A DNA stretch of 64,000 bases from Candidatus Moraniibacteriota bacterium (GCA_028688415.1 JAQTYF010000001.1:10385-74384); one strand, 5' to 3'; shown: positions 47,596 to 58,073, counted from the first letter of the stretch. Notes: a model not told the origin generated them from the sequence alone. Numbers and translations: made by a program.

Positions 47596-48195
47596 ATGAA
47601 ACACGTATTCTCACAATTAGAAAAAAAGAGAAACACAAACACTCAATCACGTGAGCAGTTCCTTCTTCATGTTTGTTGCGCACCGTGTAGTATCGCGGTG
47701 ATTGATGAACTGGCGACAGAGTATGATCTCGTCGTGCTTTTCTATAATCCCAACATCCATCCGGAAGAGGAATATCTAAAACGGAAACGAGAAGTAGTCC
47801 GTGTGTGTGAAGAATGGAAAGTGCCGATGATCGATCATGATTATGATATTGAAAAATGGGAAAAAGATATACGAGGATTGGAAAATGAACCAGAAGGAGG
47901 GCTCCGTTGTGTCTCGTGTATCAGTATGCGACTTCTCCATACTGCAGAAATAGCTAAAGAAAAAAACATAGAGCTATTTGGTACGACGCTCACGATGGGA
48001 CGAAACAAGAGAGAGATAGTCATCACGCCTCTTGGAAAATCGGCAGGGGAGAAATATGGTAGAGAATATTATGTCGAAGACTGGAAAAAGAAAGGACGCG
48101 AAATAAAAGCACGGGCTATGGTGAAAGAACGGGACATCTATCGTCAAACGTACTGCGGATGCAAGTACTCGATACGTGTCCAGAGAGAGGAATAA
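47596..48195 (+). CDS. queH: Epoxyqueuosine reductase QueH
   Basis: LLHVCCAPCS, FYNPNIHP.EEY..R, EPEGG.RC..C...RL, YRQTYCGC.YS. Confidence 0.93.
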   Translation: MKHVFSQLEKKRNTNTQSREQFLLHVCCAPCSIAVIDELATEYDLVVLFYNPNIHPEEEYLKRKREVVRVCEEWKVPMIDHDYDIEKWEKDIRGLENEPEGGLRCVSCISMRLLHTAEIAKEKNIELFGTTLTMGRNKREIVITPLGKSAGEKYGREYYVEDWKKKGREIKARAMVKERDIYRQTYCGCKYSIRVQREE

Positions 48196-48214
48196 GAAAA
48201 AATAACGAGAAATG

Positions 48215-48302
48215 AAAAAAGAATCTTCAAAGAATTTTTAGGAAACCATTGGGCGAAACTGCTTCGGACGGGTTTATCTAAAATTTTTTGAAGATTCTTT
48301 TT
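48215..48302. repeat. Long hairpin with the conserved ~40-nt core, copy 2
   Basis: AAAAAGAATCTTCAAAGAATTTT-[core]-AAAATTTTTTGAAGATTCTTTTT. Confidence 0.8.
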
Positions 48303-48393
48303 ATTCTATATAAGTAAAATACTATGGATTTTGTTTTTGTTGCGAAGTACGATGAGACAGGATAAGATAGGAATACATTTATTGATAAATATT

Positions 48394-49950
48394 ATGACAC
48401 AGAGTGAAGCGCTGGCTCTCCTCAAAACAGGAGCAAATGTCTTCCTTACGGGTGAGGCGGGATCAGGAAAGACCTATACTATCAATCAATATACCGACTA
48501 TCTTCGTTCTCATGAGATCGATTTTGCTGTGACGGCTTCGACAGGTATCGCTGCGACACATATCCATGGTATGACGATACATTCGTGGAGTGGTATCGGT
48601 GTCCATCAAGAAGCGGACGAAGATGAACTCAAACACATTGCAGAGAATCGCTATGTCGCGAAACGTATCAAAAGAGCCAAGGTACTCATCATTGATGAGG
48701 TATCGATGCTTGATGGAAAAGTTTTGACACTCGTCGAACGGGTGTGTCGCAAGGCGCGAAAACTACGATTGCCGTTTGGAGGACTGCAGGTGGTGCTTGT
48801 GGGAGATTTTTTTCAGTTGCCACCAATAGCTAAAAAAGAAACAGCAATAGAATTTGCTTTTGATTCAGATGCATGGCAGGGATCGATGCCAATCGTGTGT
48901 TATCTCACGGAACAACACCGTCAGGAAGATAGTAAATTTTTGGATATTCTTTCGGCTATTCGGAATAATACGTTTGATGAAATGCACTTTGAAAGTTTGA
49001 GCGAACGGATTATATCACACGAAGAATTGCCGGACGATATGACGCGTCTGTTTTCTCATAATACCAATGTCGATACGATCAATACGAAAGAATTGCAAAA
49101 ACTCCCAGGGAAAACAAAACTCTTTGTGATGGCAGCACGTGGCCCAGAAACACTGACCGATGCACTCATCCGCGGGTGTCTCTCTCCGGAACGTCTCGAA
49201 CTCAAAGAGGGAGCAGCGGTGATGTTTACCAAGAACAATGCGAATCAGGGTTTCGTCAACGGAACACTCGGTACCGTCATCGGGTTTGATACGACAACTC
49301 ATTATCCGATTGTGAGAACATCGAGCGGGACACATATCGAGACAGAGCCAATGGAGTGGACGATTGCAGAGGGGGATGAAATATTTGCCAAGATCACTCA
49401 GATACCACTCCGTCTCGCCTGGGCAATGACGATTCACAAGAGCCAGGGAGTGAGTCTTGATGCTGCAGTAATCGACCTCTCACAAACGTTCGAATATGGT
49501 CAGGGATATGTTGCTCTGTCACGAGTACGTACACTCTCAGGTATCCATCTCCTCGGTGTGAACGCACGAGCGTTTCAGGTCCATCCACTCGTTTCTGAAA
49601 AAGATGAACAATTTCGTCGTACTTCTGAGACTGCGAGAGAAGAATATCGACAATTTTCGAAAGAGAGAGTCGAAGAAATGGAAAAGAATTTTATTGTGTT
49701 GTGCGAAGGAAAACATCAGATCAAAAAACAGAAGAGTGTGAAGAAAAAAAAGACAGTATCAGTCGGAAAATCATTGGAGGAAATCCGCGAGAAACATCCG
49801 AAAGCATACGCGAAATGGACCACTGAGGAAGATGAAAAACTACGAAAATTATGGAACAAAGGAACGCAAGTCCTCGCACTCACCGAGGTATTTGGCCGTA
49901 AAAAAGGAGCTATCACATCACGTCTCAAAAAATTATTGCTTCTCCACTAG
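48394..49950 (+). CDS. PIF1-family (SF1B) DNA helicase
   Basis: FLTGEAGSGKT, TASTGIAA, TIHSWSGIG, IIDEVSML, PFGG.Q...GDF.QLPP, QIPLRLAWAMTIHKSQG, YVALSR. Confidence 0.92.
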   Translation: MTQSEALALLKTGANVFLTGEAGSGKTYTINQYTDYLRSHEIDFAVTASTGIAATHIHGMTIHSWSGIGVHQEADEDELKHIAENRYVAKRIKRAKVLIIDEVSMLDGKVLTLVERVCRKARKLRLPFGGLQVVLVGDFFQLPPIAKKETAIEFAFDSDAWQGSMPIVCYLTEQHRQEDSKFLDILSAIRNNTFDEMHFESLSERIISHEELPDDMTRLFSHNTNVDTINTKELQKLPGKTKLFVMAARGPETLTDALIRGCLSPERLELKEGAAVMFTKNNANQGFVNGTLGTVIGFDTTTHYPIVRTSSGTHIETEPMEWTIAEGDEIFAKITQIPLRLAWAMTIHKSQGVSLDAAVIDLSQTFEYGQGYVALSRVRTLSGIHLLGVNARAFQVHPLVSEKDEQFRRTSETAREEYRQFSKERVEEMEKNFIVLCEGKHQIKKQKSVKKKKTVSVGKSLEEIREKHPKAYAKWTTEEDEKLRKLWNKGTQVLALTEVFGRKKGAITSRLKKLLLLH

Positions 49951-49989
49951 AGAACGGATGAAAAAGAATAGTTTTTTCTACTTTTCTCT

Positions 49990-50150
49990 CAATACCCAAA
50001 AGAATATTTTGTTGGTTGCTCCACTTGTTTGAGACGGCTTTCTTTCTTCTAAAAATTTCCTATGGATGCCGTAGAGTGAGGGAATATTTTTAGCAAAGAA
50101 AGAAGGCTTTCGAGGCTGGAGCAGAAACAAAAGATTGCTTTTGGGTGGTG
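49990..50150. repeat. ~150-bp MITE-like hairpin element, family B copy 1
   Basis: CAATACCCAAAAGAAT ... ATTGCTTTTGGGTGGTG; near-identical direct copy at 62693-62843. Confidence 0.88.
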
Positions 50151-50278
50151 AGAGAAACTGTACTTCTTAAAAGGAATGGAAGTTTTTTATTGACAAGAAA
50201 GAGAGATACCTCTATGCTACATCGTCGTTGAGAATTGCTTCTCTACGAATATTTATGCAACTTTCCAAGGAGTAAAGA

Positions 50279-50650
50279 ATGAGCAATGTCAAAACTACGG
50301 CAAATCAACCGGTTCAGTGGTTTGTTGAATGTGATACTTTCACGAATGAAAGTATCGAACGGGAACTCTCAGCACGAGGACTCGAGAGTGATGCTATTAG
50401 TGCGCATTTTGATGCGCTGGGCAATGATGGGAAATTGCACAATGTGCTCGGTATCCCATCGACGTTTATCAAAATGTTGAAAGGAGCAAGGGTAAACGAT
50501 ACCCGATTCCAATTTCGTTTTTGGAAACGCAATGGTACGAAAGGAGTACTTTTTCCTGCCGACTTTGTCGAAAAGAAACCGCTCAGTCAGACAGCAGAAG
50601 TGAAGCGTGTCATCGCCAGGATCGGTGCCTTGAAAGACAAGAAAAAATGA
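50279..50650 (+). CDS. Hypothetical protein
   Basis: 123 aa; AAGGAG RBS and an upstream TTGACA..TATGCT promoter-like sequence. Confidence 0.75.
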   Translation: MSNVKTTANQPVQWFVECDTFTNESIERELSARGLESDAISAHFDALGNDGKLHNVLGIPSTFIKMLKGARVNDTRFQFRFWKRNGTKGVLFPADFVEKKPLSQTAEVKRVIARIGALKDKKK

Positions 50651-50758
50651 GAATGAGGAAAGAGAAATTTCTTCCCCGGTGAGGGTATCAATGATACTCT
50701 CACTTTTTCTTTTTCTGGCTTATTGTTAGCAAAAAAAGTCATCCTATGATATTCTAGA

Positions 50759-52597
50759 ATGACTTTTATAGAGAAAAGAAGTATGAATAAAAAAGGAAAA
50801 CCACTATCTGTTTGGAGCGTTCTCCGGTCGTATGCTTTCTCGGTCCGCCGATACAAATGGTCTGCGGTGAGTGTGTTTGTGGTGTATGGATTGGCATCGG
50901 TAGTGAGTGGCATACTCTCCCCACTTGTGTATAGACGTATTATTGATACACTTTCTGGTGCCACAGATCGAATATTAGTATCGGAAATCCTCTTTCAGAG
51001 TTTATGGATGCTTATTGGTGTTATCGTTTCCTATCAATTCTTCTATCGAGCAGGAGATTTCATTATCACTTTTGTCGAAAGCAAGACGATAGAAGACCTG
51101 AACAATCGAGCCTTCCAGTCTTTTATGCGTCAGGGACACACATTCTTCATCGACCGTTTCTCAGGAAGTCTCGTGGCACAAGCGAGAAGGTATGCTCGTA
51201 TTTTCGAAGATGTTGCTGATCAACTCGTGTTCAATTTTTGGATGCCATTTGTTCATCTGACAGGTGTTATTGTTACGCTCTTTTTTATTGAATCAAAAGT
51301 TGCTGTTATTTTCCTTGTTTGGATTCCGATTTACATCACTATTGCTATTTGGATTACCAAAAAGAAATTGCCGTATGATACCAGAAGTGCTGAGCAAGAC
51401 TCTCTTTTGACAGCCAAACTCTCTGACGCACTTTCAAATATTTTTGCTGTCAAAACATTTGCTTCTGAAGAACATGAAACAGACGTATTCTCGCTCACTG
51501 CAAAAAGCGATGAGCAGGCACGACTCAAGTCCTGGCGTTTCAATAATGTTCTGATCGCCATTCAGACGATTATGTTTAGCATACTCGAAATCATGGCTAT
51601 GTACGTCGTGCTCAAAATGTGGATTGTGGGAAGTGTGAGTACGGGAACGGTTGTCTTGGTGCAGGTCTATATTGGATCGATTTTTAGTGAATTGTTTGGA
51701 CTTGGGCGTGCTTTCGGGAGATTGATGAAAAATGTTGCCGATGCCTCTGAAATGATTGAGACACTCGAACGTACAGACGGAGAAGTTTTGGAAATGGAAG
51801 ATACTTTGGACAATACAACAGTTCTTTCTTCTGGCGGAATTACCTTTGATCATATTGTCTTTCGTTATTCCGCAAATAATGCGGTTTTCGATGATTTCTC
51901 TCTCGCTATCCGTCCTGGTGAGAAAGTGGGGCTTGTAGGTGCTTCTGGATCAGGCAAGAGTACACTTACCAAATTGTTACTCGGATTTATTGTCCCAGAA
52001 TCAGGGACGATTTCGGTCGGTGGACAGAATGTCTCACCACTTTCTCTCCAATCACTTCGTCGTCTCATCGCGTATGTTCCTCAGGATACCGCACTCTTTC
52101 ATCGAACGATTGCCGAGAACATTTCATACGGCAAAAAGGATGCTTCACGAAGTGAGATTGAGGCAGTGGCCAAGAAGGCTCATGCTCATGATTTCATCAC
52201 AGCTCTTCCTCTGGGATACGACACCTTGGTCGGAGAGCGCGGAGTAAAACTTTCTGGAGGGGAGCGTCAGCGCGTGGCTATCGCTCGGGCACTTCTCAAA
52301 GATGCTCCGATACTCGTACTTGATGAAGCAACGAGTGCTCTCGATACGACGAGCGAGCACCATATTCAAGAAGCACTCCACGAATTGATGCAGGGGAGGA
52401 CGACGCTCGTAATCGCTCATCGACTGAGTACCGTACGGGAGATGGATCGTATTATCGTTCTTGAGAATGGGAAACTGGCTGAATCAGGATCACATACAGA
52501 ACTGATTACACAGGGAGGTATCTATGCTGGTTTCTGGAATCGTCAGACAGCCTCATTCGGCGATGTGTTACTTGTTGATGAGGAAGAAGAGAAATAA
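50759..52597 (+). CDS. ABC exporter, fused permease/ATP-binding protein
   Basis: TM domain plus GASGSGKST, VPQD, LSGGERQR, LDEATSALD, IAHRLST. Confidence 0.94.
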   Translation: MTFIEKRSMNKKGKPLSVWSVLRSYAFSVRRYKWSAVSVFVVYGLASVVSGILSPLVYRRIIDTLSGATDRILVSEILFQSLWMLIGVIVSYQFFYRAGDFIITFVESKTIEDLNNRAFQSFMRQGHTFFIDRFSGSLVAQARRYARIFEDVADQLVFNFWMPFVHLTGVIVTLFFIESKVAVIFLVWIPIYITIAIWITKKKLPYDTRSAEQDSLLTAKLSDALSNIFAVKTFASEEHETDVFSLTAKSDEQARLKSWRFNNVLIAIQTIMFSILEIMAMYVVLKMWIVGSVSTGTVVLVQVYIGSIFSELFGLGRAFGRLMKNVADASEMIETLERTDGEVLEMEDTLDNTTVLSSGGITFDHIVFRYSANNAVFDDFSLAIRPGEKVGLVGASGSGKSTLTKLLLGFIVPESGTISVGGQNVSPLSLQSLRRLIAYVPQDTALFHRTIAENISYGKKDASRSEIEAVAKKAHAHDFITALPLGYDTLVGERGVKLSGGERQRVAIARALLKDAPILVLDEATSALDTTSEHHIQEALHELMQGRTTLVIAHRLSTVREMDRIIVLENGKLAESGSHTELITQGGIYAGFWNRQTASFGDVLLVDEEEEK

Positions 52598-52653
52598 GAT
52601 GCTGATGATATGGTATACTGGGAGGGGTAATTCGTGGAGAATATACATATCTT

Positions 52654-53829
52654 ATGAACAATAAAACACTCGTTGAATACGTTGCAGGGAGACTCCGTAC
52701 CGGTATCACTCGAGTAACTCTTGAAGAAGAATTGCGTACTGTCGGATGGTCAGAAGAAGAAGTCGAGGATGCATATCGATCAGGATTGATTGACTGTGGA
52801 TTGCCAATTCCGGATGAGAAAAATCGTGCCGTACTTTCTCGTACATCTTCTACCGTAGATATCGTGATCAACTTTTTCTCGTTTATCCTCCTCGGTATTG
52901 TAGCAACCGCACTAGGAATATTGCTTTTTGGTGTTGTGAACAAATTTTTTCCTGACGTACTGGATACCGTGAATATGTATACAGAGGCTTCGACGTCGAG
53001 TGCTATTCATTATGCTATCGCTGCACTCATCATCGGTTTTCCTCTGTATTATTTTTCAATACGTTTGTGGTTCCGTACCTTCCGTGAAGATGAAGGACGG
53101 ACAGAATCCAAACTTTCTCAGTGGTTGACGTATCTCGTATTACTCATTACCGCCGTGACGATTGTTGGAGACCTGATCACAGTCGTTTTTACTCTTCTAC
53201 AAGGAGAAATTACGGTGCGATTTTTCCTCAAAGCACTCGTTATCCTGATGATTGTTGGTATTGTCTTCGGATTCTATTATTTGGAGCGTCGTAAAGTCCA
53301 ATATCACGTTGATATTCCACGAACTCTTTTTCTCGTTTTCGGACGTATCGTGACAGGAATTCTTCTTCTTTCTATCGCACTTGGATTTTTTGCCTCTGGA
53401 TCACCTACAACAGAACGACAACGAACTTTCGATCGTACTCGATCAGAACATCTGGAGACGCTTTCGGATTGCGTCACGAGTTACGCAAAGACATTTGGAA
53501 AACTTCCTGTATCGTTGGATGATATACGTTATACGAGTGAATTGAATTATTGTGGAAATTCGATGCAAGATCCCGAAACAGCTCTTCTGTATGAATACCG
53601 CGTGATCACTCCTTCGACTGAAGAAGGTTTGGTGCGTGTCGGAGAATTTGAATTGTGTGCTACTTTCGCATTAGACTTCATGGTGAGTACGGATTTGATA
53701 CGCGTAGGGAACGAGTGGGCAGTACATCCTGCTGGAAGAAGTTGTGATATACGGAAAACACAACTTTCTGTTCCCGAAGGATCTATTCAAAAATCAGTTG
53801 ATGAAGTTCCGTTGGATTTTATTCGATAA
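52654..53829 (+). CDS. Membrane protein (DUF5671-like)
   Basis: GWSEEEV N-terminus; IAALIIGFPLY, WLTYLVL, GDLI...LLQGEIT.RF.LK, DPET..YEY, FELCATF. Confidence 0.75.
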   Translation: MNNKTLVEYVAGRLRTGITRVTLEEELRTVGWSEEEVEDAYRSGLIDCGLPIPDEKNRAVLSRTSSTVDIVINFFSFILLGIVATALGILLFGVVNKFFPDVLDTVNMYTEASTSSAIHYAIAALIIGFPLYYFSIRLWFRTFREDEGRTESKLSQWLTYLVLLITAVTIVGDLITVVFTLLQGEITVRFFLKALVILMIVGIVFGFYYLERRKVQYHVDIPRTLFLVFGRIVTGILLLSIALGFFASGSPTTERQRTFDRTRSEHLETLSDCVTSYAKTFGKLPVSLDDIRYTSELNYCGNSMQDPETALLYEYRVITPSTEEGLVRVGEFELCATFALDFMVSTDLIRVGNEWAVHPAGRSCDIRKTQLSVPEGSIQKSVDEVPLDFIR

Positions 53830-53872
53830 AAAGAAGATGAGAATTCTTTTTATAAGTGACTCTCGGTGTAGT

Positions 53873-54418
53873 ATGCGAAAAGAAATACTGGAGAAAAAAT
53901 TTCATTTACTCTATGACAATCAGTCAGACGCTCTTTTTCGATTTGTTTCATTTCGTGTGAATGATCGAGAAATGGCCCTTGATATTGTCCAGAATACTTT
54001 CCTCAAAATGTGGGAAGTATTGGAATCTGGACGCGCTATAGAGAATGAACGAGCATTTCTTTTTCGTATTGCTTCGAATCTTGTTATTGATTATTATCGG
54101 AAGTCCAAGGAATATTCGCTGGATAGTCTCGCTGAGGAAGGATTTGACGCTCCTTCTGATCCTGGTATTCCTATCGAAACACAGATCGATGCTGATGGAG
54201 CACTCGCTTGTTTGCAGTCTTTGTCAGAGAAATATCGAGAGCCGGTCTGGCTTCGCACGGTTGAGGATTGGTCAGTAAAGGATATTGCAGAGGTGCTCAA
54301 TGAGACAGAGAATGTGGTATCGGTACGTATCCATCGTGGATTGAAGCTCTGGAGAAGTGAAATTGGTAAAAAAAACGGTAAGAAATCAGCTTCTGAAACG
54401 TCAAGAAAGTATGTATAA
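53873..54418 (+). CDS. ECF-family RNA polymerase sigma factor
   Basis: A.DIVQNTFLK.W, AFLFRIA.N.VIDYYRK, L..KYRE...LR, S.KDIA..L.....V.VRIHRG. Confidence 0.9.
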   Translation: MRKEILEKKFHLLYDNQSDALFRFVSFRVNDREMALDIVQNTFLKMWEVLESGRAIENERAFLFRIASNLVIDYYRKSKEYSLDSLAEEGFDAPSDPGIPIETQIDADGALACLQSLSEKYREPVWLRTVEDWSVKDIAEVLNETENVVSVRIHRGLKLWRSEIGKKNGKKSASETSRKYV

Positions 54419-55412
54419 GAACAACCAACCAAAATATAGTCAGGGTGAGCGTGCAGTATTCGCTCGTTTTCGCGCCACACATCTTTCTTTAGGAGAGAAA
54501 CGGGTGCTATGGAAGCATATTCGATATTCGATGCAAAACAGAAACAATCCATCTGTATATGAGTCAAGGAGTATTTTTCTTAATTTTTTCTCGTTTTTGA
54601 CACATCGTTCATTTGCGATGCTTTCGTTGTCTCTCGTGATTATTCTTGGGAGTGGATTCGGTATCGCTCGTGCTTCTGAAAACGCTCTCCCTGGTCAGAG
54701 ATTGTATTCGGTAAAAATAAATGTGAATGAGGCTTTTATAAGAAGTTTGAAGCGTTCTGATGATGATCGAGCAGAATGGGAGAGAGAATTAACGAGTCGG
54801 AGAATTACAGAAGCCGAGACACTTGCAGAAGAAGGGCATCTAGGAATTGAAGAAAAAGATGAAATAGAACGACATCTTTCAGAGAACCGCAAGGCATTAG
54901 AAGAGATTGAAGGTCGAACAGTGACCGATGAAGAATTTCTTCCACAGAACATTCAGTCTATGACGAAGAAAATCAATGTACGCGTCGAACACACTGAGGA
55001 AGAAACATTTATTCATATCGAAGAAAAATTTGAAACCGAAGAGGATGAAGAAAGAGAACAAGAACAGGGTTTTGTCGACGGAGAAGAATGGCACACATCC
55101 AATATCGAATCCACAGACAATGATGTGGAAATTCCTGAATCATTGGAACAAGAAAAAGTATTAGGAGAGGATGATAAGAACGAAGATCTAGAATCCAGAA
55201 AGTCTTCTTCAAAAAAGGAAGTAAAACAACAAGATACACAGGATTCCTCCTCTGACATACAGACTGATACAAAGAAAAAACAAGAAACTACTCAAAGTAA
55301 ACAATCCTCGTCTTCACAAGAAGATAATCAAGACGATAGAGAAGAGGAGAAACAGAATGTAGAAGATGAGTCAAGCGTCGACACATCAGACGATGAAGAT
55401 TTGGAAGAGTAA
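54411..55412 (+). CDS. Putative anti-sigma-like membrane protein (DUF5667-like) with an acidic disordered tail
   Basis: Single TM then ASENALPGQRLYSVK..VNE and RRITEAE; overlaps the sigma-factor stop. Confidence 0.7.
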   Translation: MYKNNQPKYSQGERAVFARFRATHLSLGEKRVLWKHIRYSMQNRNNPSVYESRSIFLNFFSFLTHRSFAMLSLSLVIILGSGFGIARASENALPGQRLYSVKINVNEAFIRSLKRSDDDRAEWERELTSRRITEAETLAEEGHLGIEEKDEIERHLSENRKALEEIEGRTVTDEEFLPQNIQSMTKKINVRVEHTEEETFIHIEEKFETEEDEEREQEQGFVDGEEWHTSNIESTDNDVEIPESLEQEKVLGEDDKNEDLESRKSSSKKEVKQQDTQDSSSDIQTDTKKKQETTQSKQSSSSQEDNQDDREEEKQNVEDESSVDTSDDEDLEE

Positions 55413-55526
55413 AAATATTTTTGCTTTCTTATTGTTTTTTCTCGAGAAACATGTATGCTGGCAGTGGTAAAGTATTTCTATCAAGGTCAGTTTTTTAACA
55501 TTTTATGACTGTAAAAGGAGTTTATC

Positions 55527-57050
55527 GTGAACAAAACAACTATTCGAAGCGTACGGAAACCCGTTATTCCCGTTGTGAGGAAAGCTGTCCCCAAAGAGCC
55601 TTCACCATTGGTGAAAAAACTCTTGGGAAACGCAAGCCGTTTCGGCCCCAAGAAATTATTCGTCTTGGATACGAATGTACTCATGCATGATCCGATGAGC
55701 CTGTTTCGTTTCGAGGAGCACGATGTGTATATCCCGATGATGACTCTCGAAGAACTCGATGGTCACAAGAGGGGACAATCCGAAGTGGCTCGGAGTGCGA
55801 GGCAAGTCAGTCGGACGCTTGACGAGCTTGTTTCTGGAAGCAAGACAAACATCAAGGAAGGTGTTGATCTGCAGGAAAAATCTCAGGGTCAGGCGACTGG
55901 TCGTCTTTTTTTTCAGACAGAAGCTCTCGGCGATGCATTGCCAGATTTCTTACCGAAGGCCAAAGCCGATAATCAAATCATCGGCGTCCTCATTGCACTC
56001 AAAAAGTGTTATCCGAACCGCGAAGTGATATTGGTATCCAAGGATATCAATATGCGCATCAAAGCCAATGCTATCGGTCAGGTGGCACAGGACTATTTCA
56101 GTGACAAGGTCCTGGAAGATACGGATCTCCTCTATTCCGGCACCACAGAGCTTCCGGAAAATTTCTGGGGAAAAAATACAGAAACCTGGAAGGCTGGCGG
56201 ACATGATTTTTATCGAGTGCGGGGAAAATTGTGTTCTCAACTGTTTGTCAACGAGTTCGTATGGCAAGATGGTGATCATCCGTTTCGTGCGATCGTACAC
56301 GAGCGTGCTGGTCAGATGGCGATACTTCGGACATTCAAAGATTATGTCCATCAGAAGAATGCCGTATGGAGTATCACAGCTCGCAATCGTGAACAGAGTT
56401 TTGCTTTGTGTCTGCTCATGGATCCGGAGATTGATTTCGTGTCTCTCTCAGGGCAGGCGGGTACCGGCAAGACACTCCTCACGCTTGCGGCGGCTTTGGA
56501 ACAGACGCTCAACAAGAAACTGTACAGCGATATCATTTTCACACGGGTGACGATGCCTATTGGTGAAGACATCGGATTTCTCCCGGGCACAGAAGAAGAA
56601 AAGATGTTGCCATGGATGGGCGCGATGGAAGACAACCTCGATGTTCTTGGAGCGAATAACCCTCCAGAATTGCACAAGGAAGGGGAAAAGAAACACCCAG
56701 TTGATTGGAATCGTGTCGCTGGTTTGACCGATCTGATTCGTTCCCGTCTCAAAGTGAAGTCACTTAACTTTATGCGCGGGCGTACTTTCGTCAACAAGTT
56801 CATCATCATTGATGAAGCGCAGAACCTGACTCCTCATCAGATGAAAACCCTTATCACTCGTGCAGGACCAGGGACCAAGATAGTGTGTCTTGGCAATATC
56901 GCGCAGATCGATACGCCGTATCTGACAGAAGGGGGATCGGGATTGACGTATGTTGTCGATCGCTTCAAAGATTGGGAACACGGTGGGCACGTCACACTCC
57001 TCCGTGGCGAACGTTCACGACTTGCAGATCACGCAGCTGAAGTACTCTAA
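55527..57050 (+). CDS. PIN-PhoH (PhoH2/YlaK-like) protein
   Basis: FVLDTNVLMHDP PIN motif, SKDINMRIKA, ARNREQ, GQAGTGKT, IGFLPG.EEEKM, RGRT, IIDEAQN. Confidence 0.93.
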   Translation: MNKTTIRSVRKPVIPVVRKAVPKEPSPLVKKLLGNASRFGPKKLFVLDTNVLMHDPMSLFRFEEHDVYIPMMTLEELDGHKRGQSEVARSARQVSRTLDELVSGSKTNIKEGVDLQEKSQGQATGRLFFQTEALGDALPDFLPKAKADNQIIGVLIALKKCYPNREVILVSKDINMRIKANAIGQVAQDYFSDKVLEDTDLLYSGTTELPENFWGKNTETWKAGGHDFYRVRGKLCSQLFVNEFVWQDGDHPFRAIVHERAGQMAILRTFKDYVHQKNAVWSITARNREQSFALCLLMDPEIDFVSLSGQAGTGKTLLTLAAALEQTLNKKLYSDIIFTRVTMPIGEDIGFLPGTEEEKMLPWMGAMEDNLDVLGANNPPELHKEGEKKHPVDWNRVAGLTDLIRSRLKVKSLNFMRGRTFVNKFIIIDEAQNLTPHQMKTLITRAGPGTKIVCLGNIAQIDTPYLTEGGSGLTYVVDRFKDWEHGGHVTLLRGERSRLADHAAEVL

Positions 57051-57067
57051 CAGAGACAGAGTTCGAG

Positions 57068-57104
57068 AAACCGCACAGAAAGAATATTTCTTGTGCGGTT
57101 TTTT
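57068..57104. terminator. Bidirectional terminator
   Basis: AAACCGCACAGAAA..TTTCTTGTGCGGTTT. Confidence 0.7.
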
Positions 57105-57106
57105 CT

Positions 57107-57331
57107 TTATCGTCTGTATGTTCTCTCCGTTTCTTCCTCATCTTCGTTCTTGGCAATCTCACGGAGCCTTGTTTTCTCTGCCTCTGGATCAGTAATAGCA
57201 TTCATTATGGCGTCTTTTTCGAGCATGACATGAGGCACTACCCCGACAATTTCTTTGTATTTTGCTCTGAGTCTCTGTGATTCTTCCTCTGGTGTTTCGG
57301 AGGTGAAATTGAGTTCAAATTGTTTTGGCAT
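57107..57331 (-). CDS. Small hypothetical protein
   Basis: 74-aa ORF filling the gap, plausible charged helical sequence. Confidence 0.65.
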   Translation of the reverse strand: MPKQFELNFTSETPEEESQRLRAKYKEIVGVVPHVMLEKDAIMNAITDPEAEKTRLREIAKNEDEEETERTYRR

Positions 57332-57458
57332 AGAATATTTATGAAGGATTATACTATCAGTATACCAGTATCATTTGTTTTGTGAATATCATAAGAAGGA
57401 TCTACTTTCAGAAGAACAAAAAAATGCTATACTAGAAAAGTAAAAAGTAAAAAAAATT

Positions 57459-58073
57459 ATGAATACAAACACACGTTTCCTATCGTGGTTGACAGGTATA
57501 TACGTCGTTCTTTTTTTGCTTCTCTCCATCAATCCAATTGATCGCACGACGTGGTTTGTCGAGAATCTGACGGTATGGATTATTCTCGCAGGAATACTCG
57601 GTCTCTTCTGGGGCGGGGTGCGTTTTTCACGCACTGCGTATGCGCTTATGTTCGTCCTCATTTATATGCATACTATTGGGGGGCATTATACTTTTGCCCT
57701 CGTTCCTTTTGATTGGGTCACTGATTTTTTTGGATTTACACGCAATCATTATGATCGTGTCGCTCATTTCACAGTCGGTTTCTATGCGTTCGCCATTGCA
57801 GAATATCTCTGGACCAAGAAACTTGTTGTAGGGAAATTCCTTTTGTTCACGTATCCTGTTTTTGTGATTGCGACACTTGCGATGAGTTATGAGCTTATTG
57901 AATGGATCTATGCTGCCACAGCCAATCCAGAAGCAGGGATGGCCTATCTCGGGAGTCAGGGAGACATCTGGGATGCTCAGAAAGATATGCTCGCAGATAC
58001 TCTTGGTGCTCTTTCTGCAATGATGCTTTTTTTCTGGTCGAAGAATATCTGGAAGAAAAGAGAAAATATTTGA
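57459..58073 (+). CDS. DUF2238 (YjdF-like) inner membrane protein
   Basis: W..EN, H.IGGHYTF..VP, RNHYDR.AHF, YEL.EW, LGSQGDIWDAQKDM. Confidence 0.9.
   Translation: MNTNTRFLSWLTGIYVVLFLLLSINPIDRTTWFVENLTVWIILAGILGLFWGGVRFSRTAYALMFVLIYMHTIGGHYTFALVPFDWVTDFFGFTRNHYDRVAHFTVGFYAFAIAEYLWTKKLVVGKFLLFTYPVFVIATLAMSYELIEWIYAATANPEAGMAYLGSQGDIWDAQKDMLADTLGALSAMMLFFWSKNIWKKRENI

Noticed and set aside
46560-47642. ORFs with repeated peptides across the tRNA cluster
   Set aside because: Chance translations of tRNAs and the 123-bp repeats, whose length is a multiple of 3.
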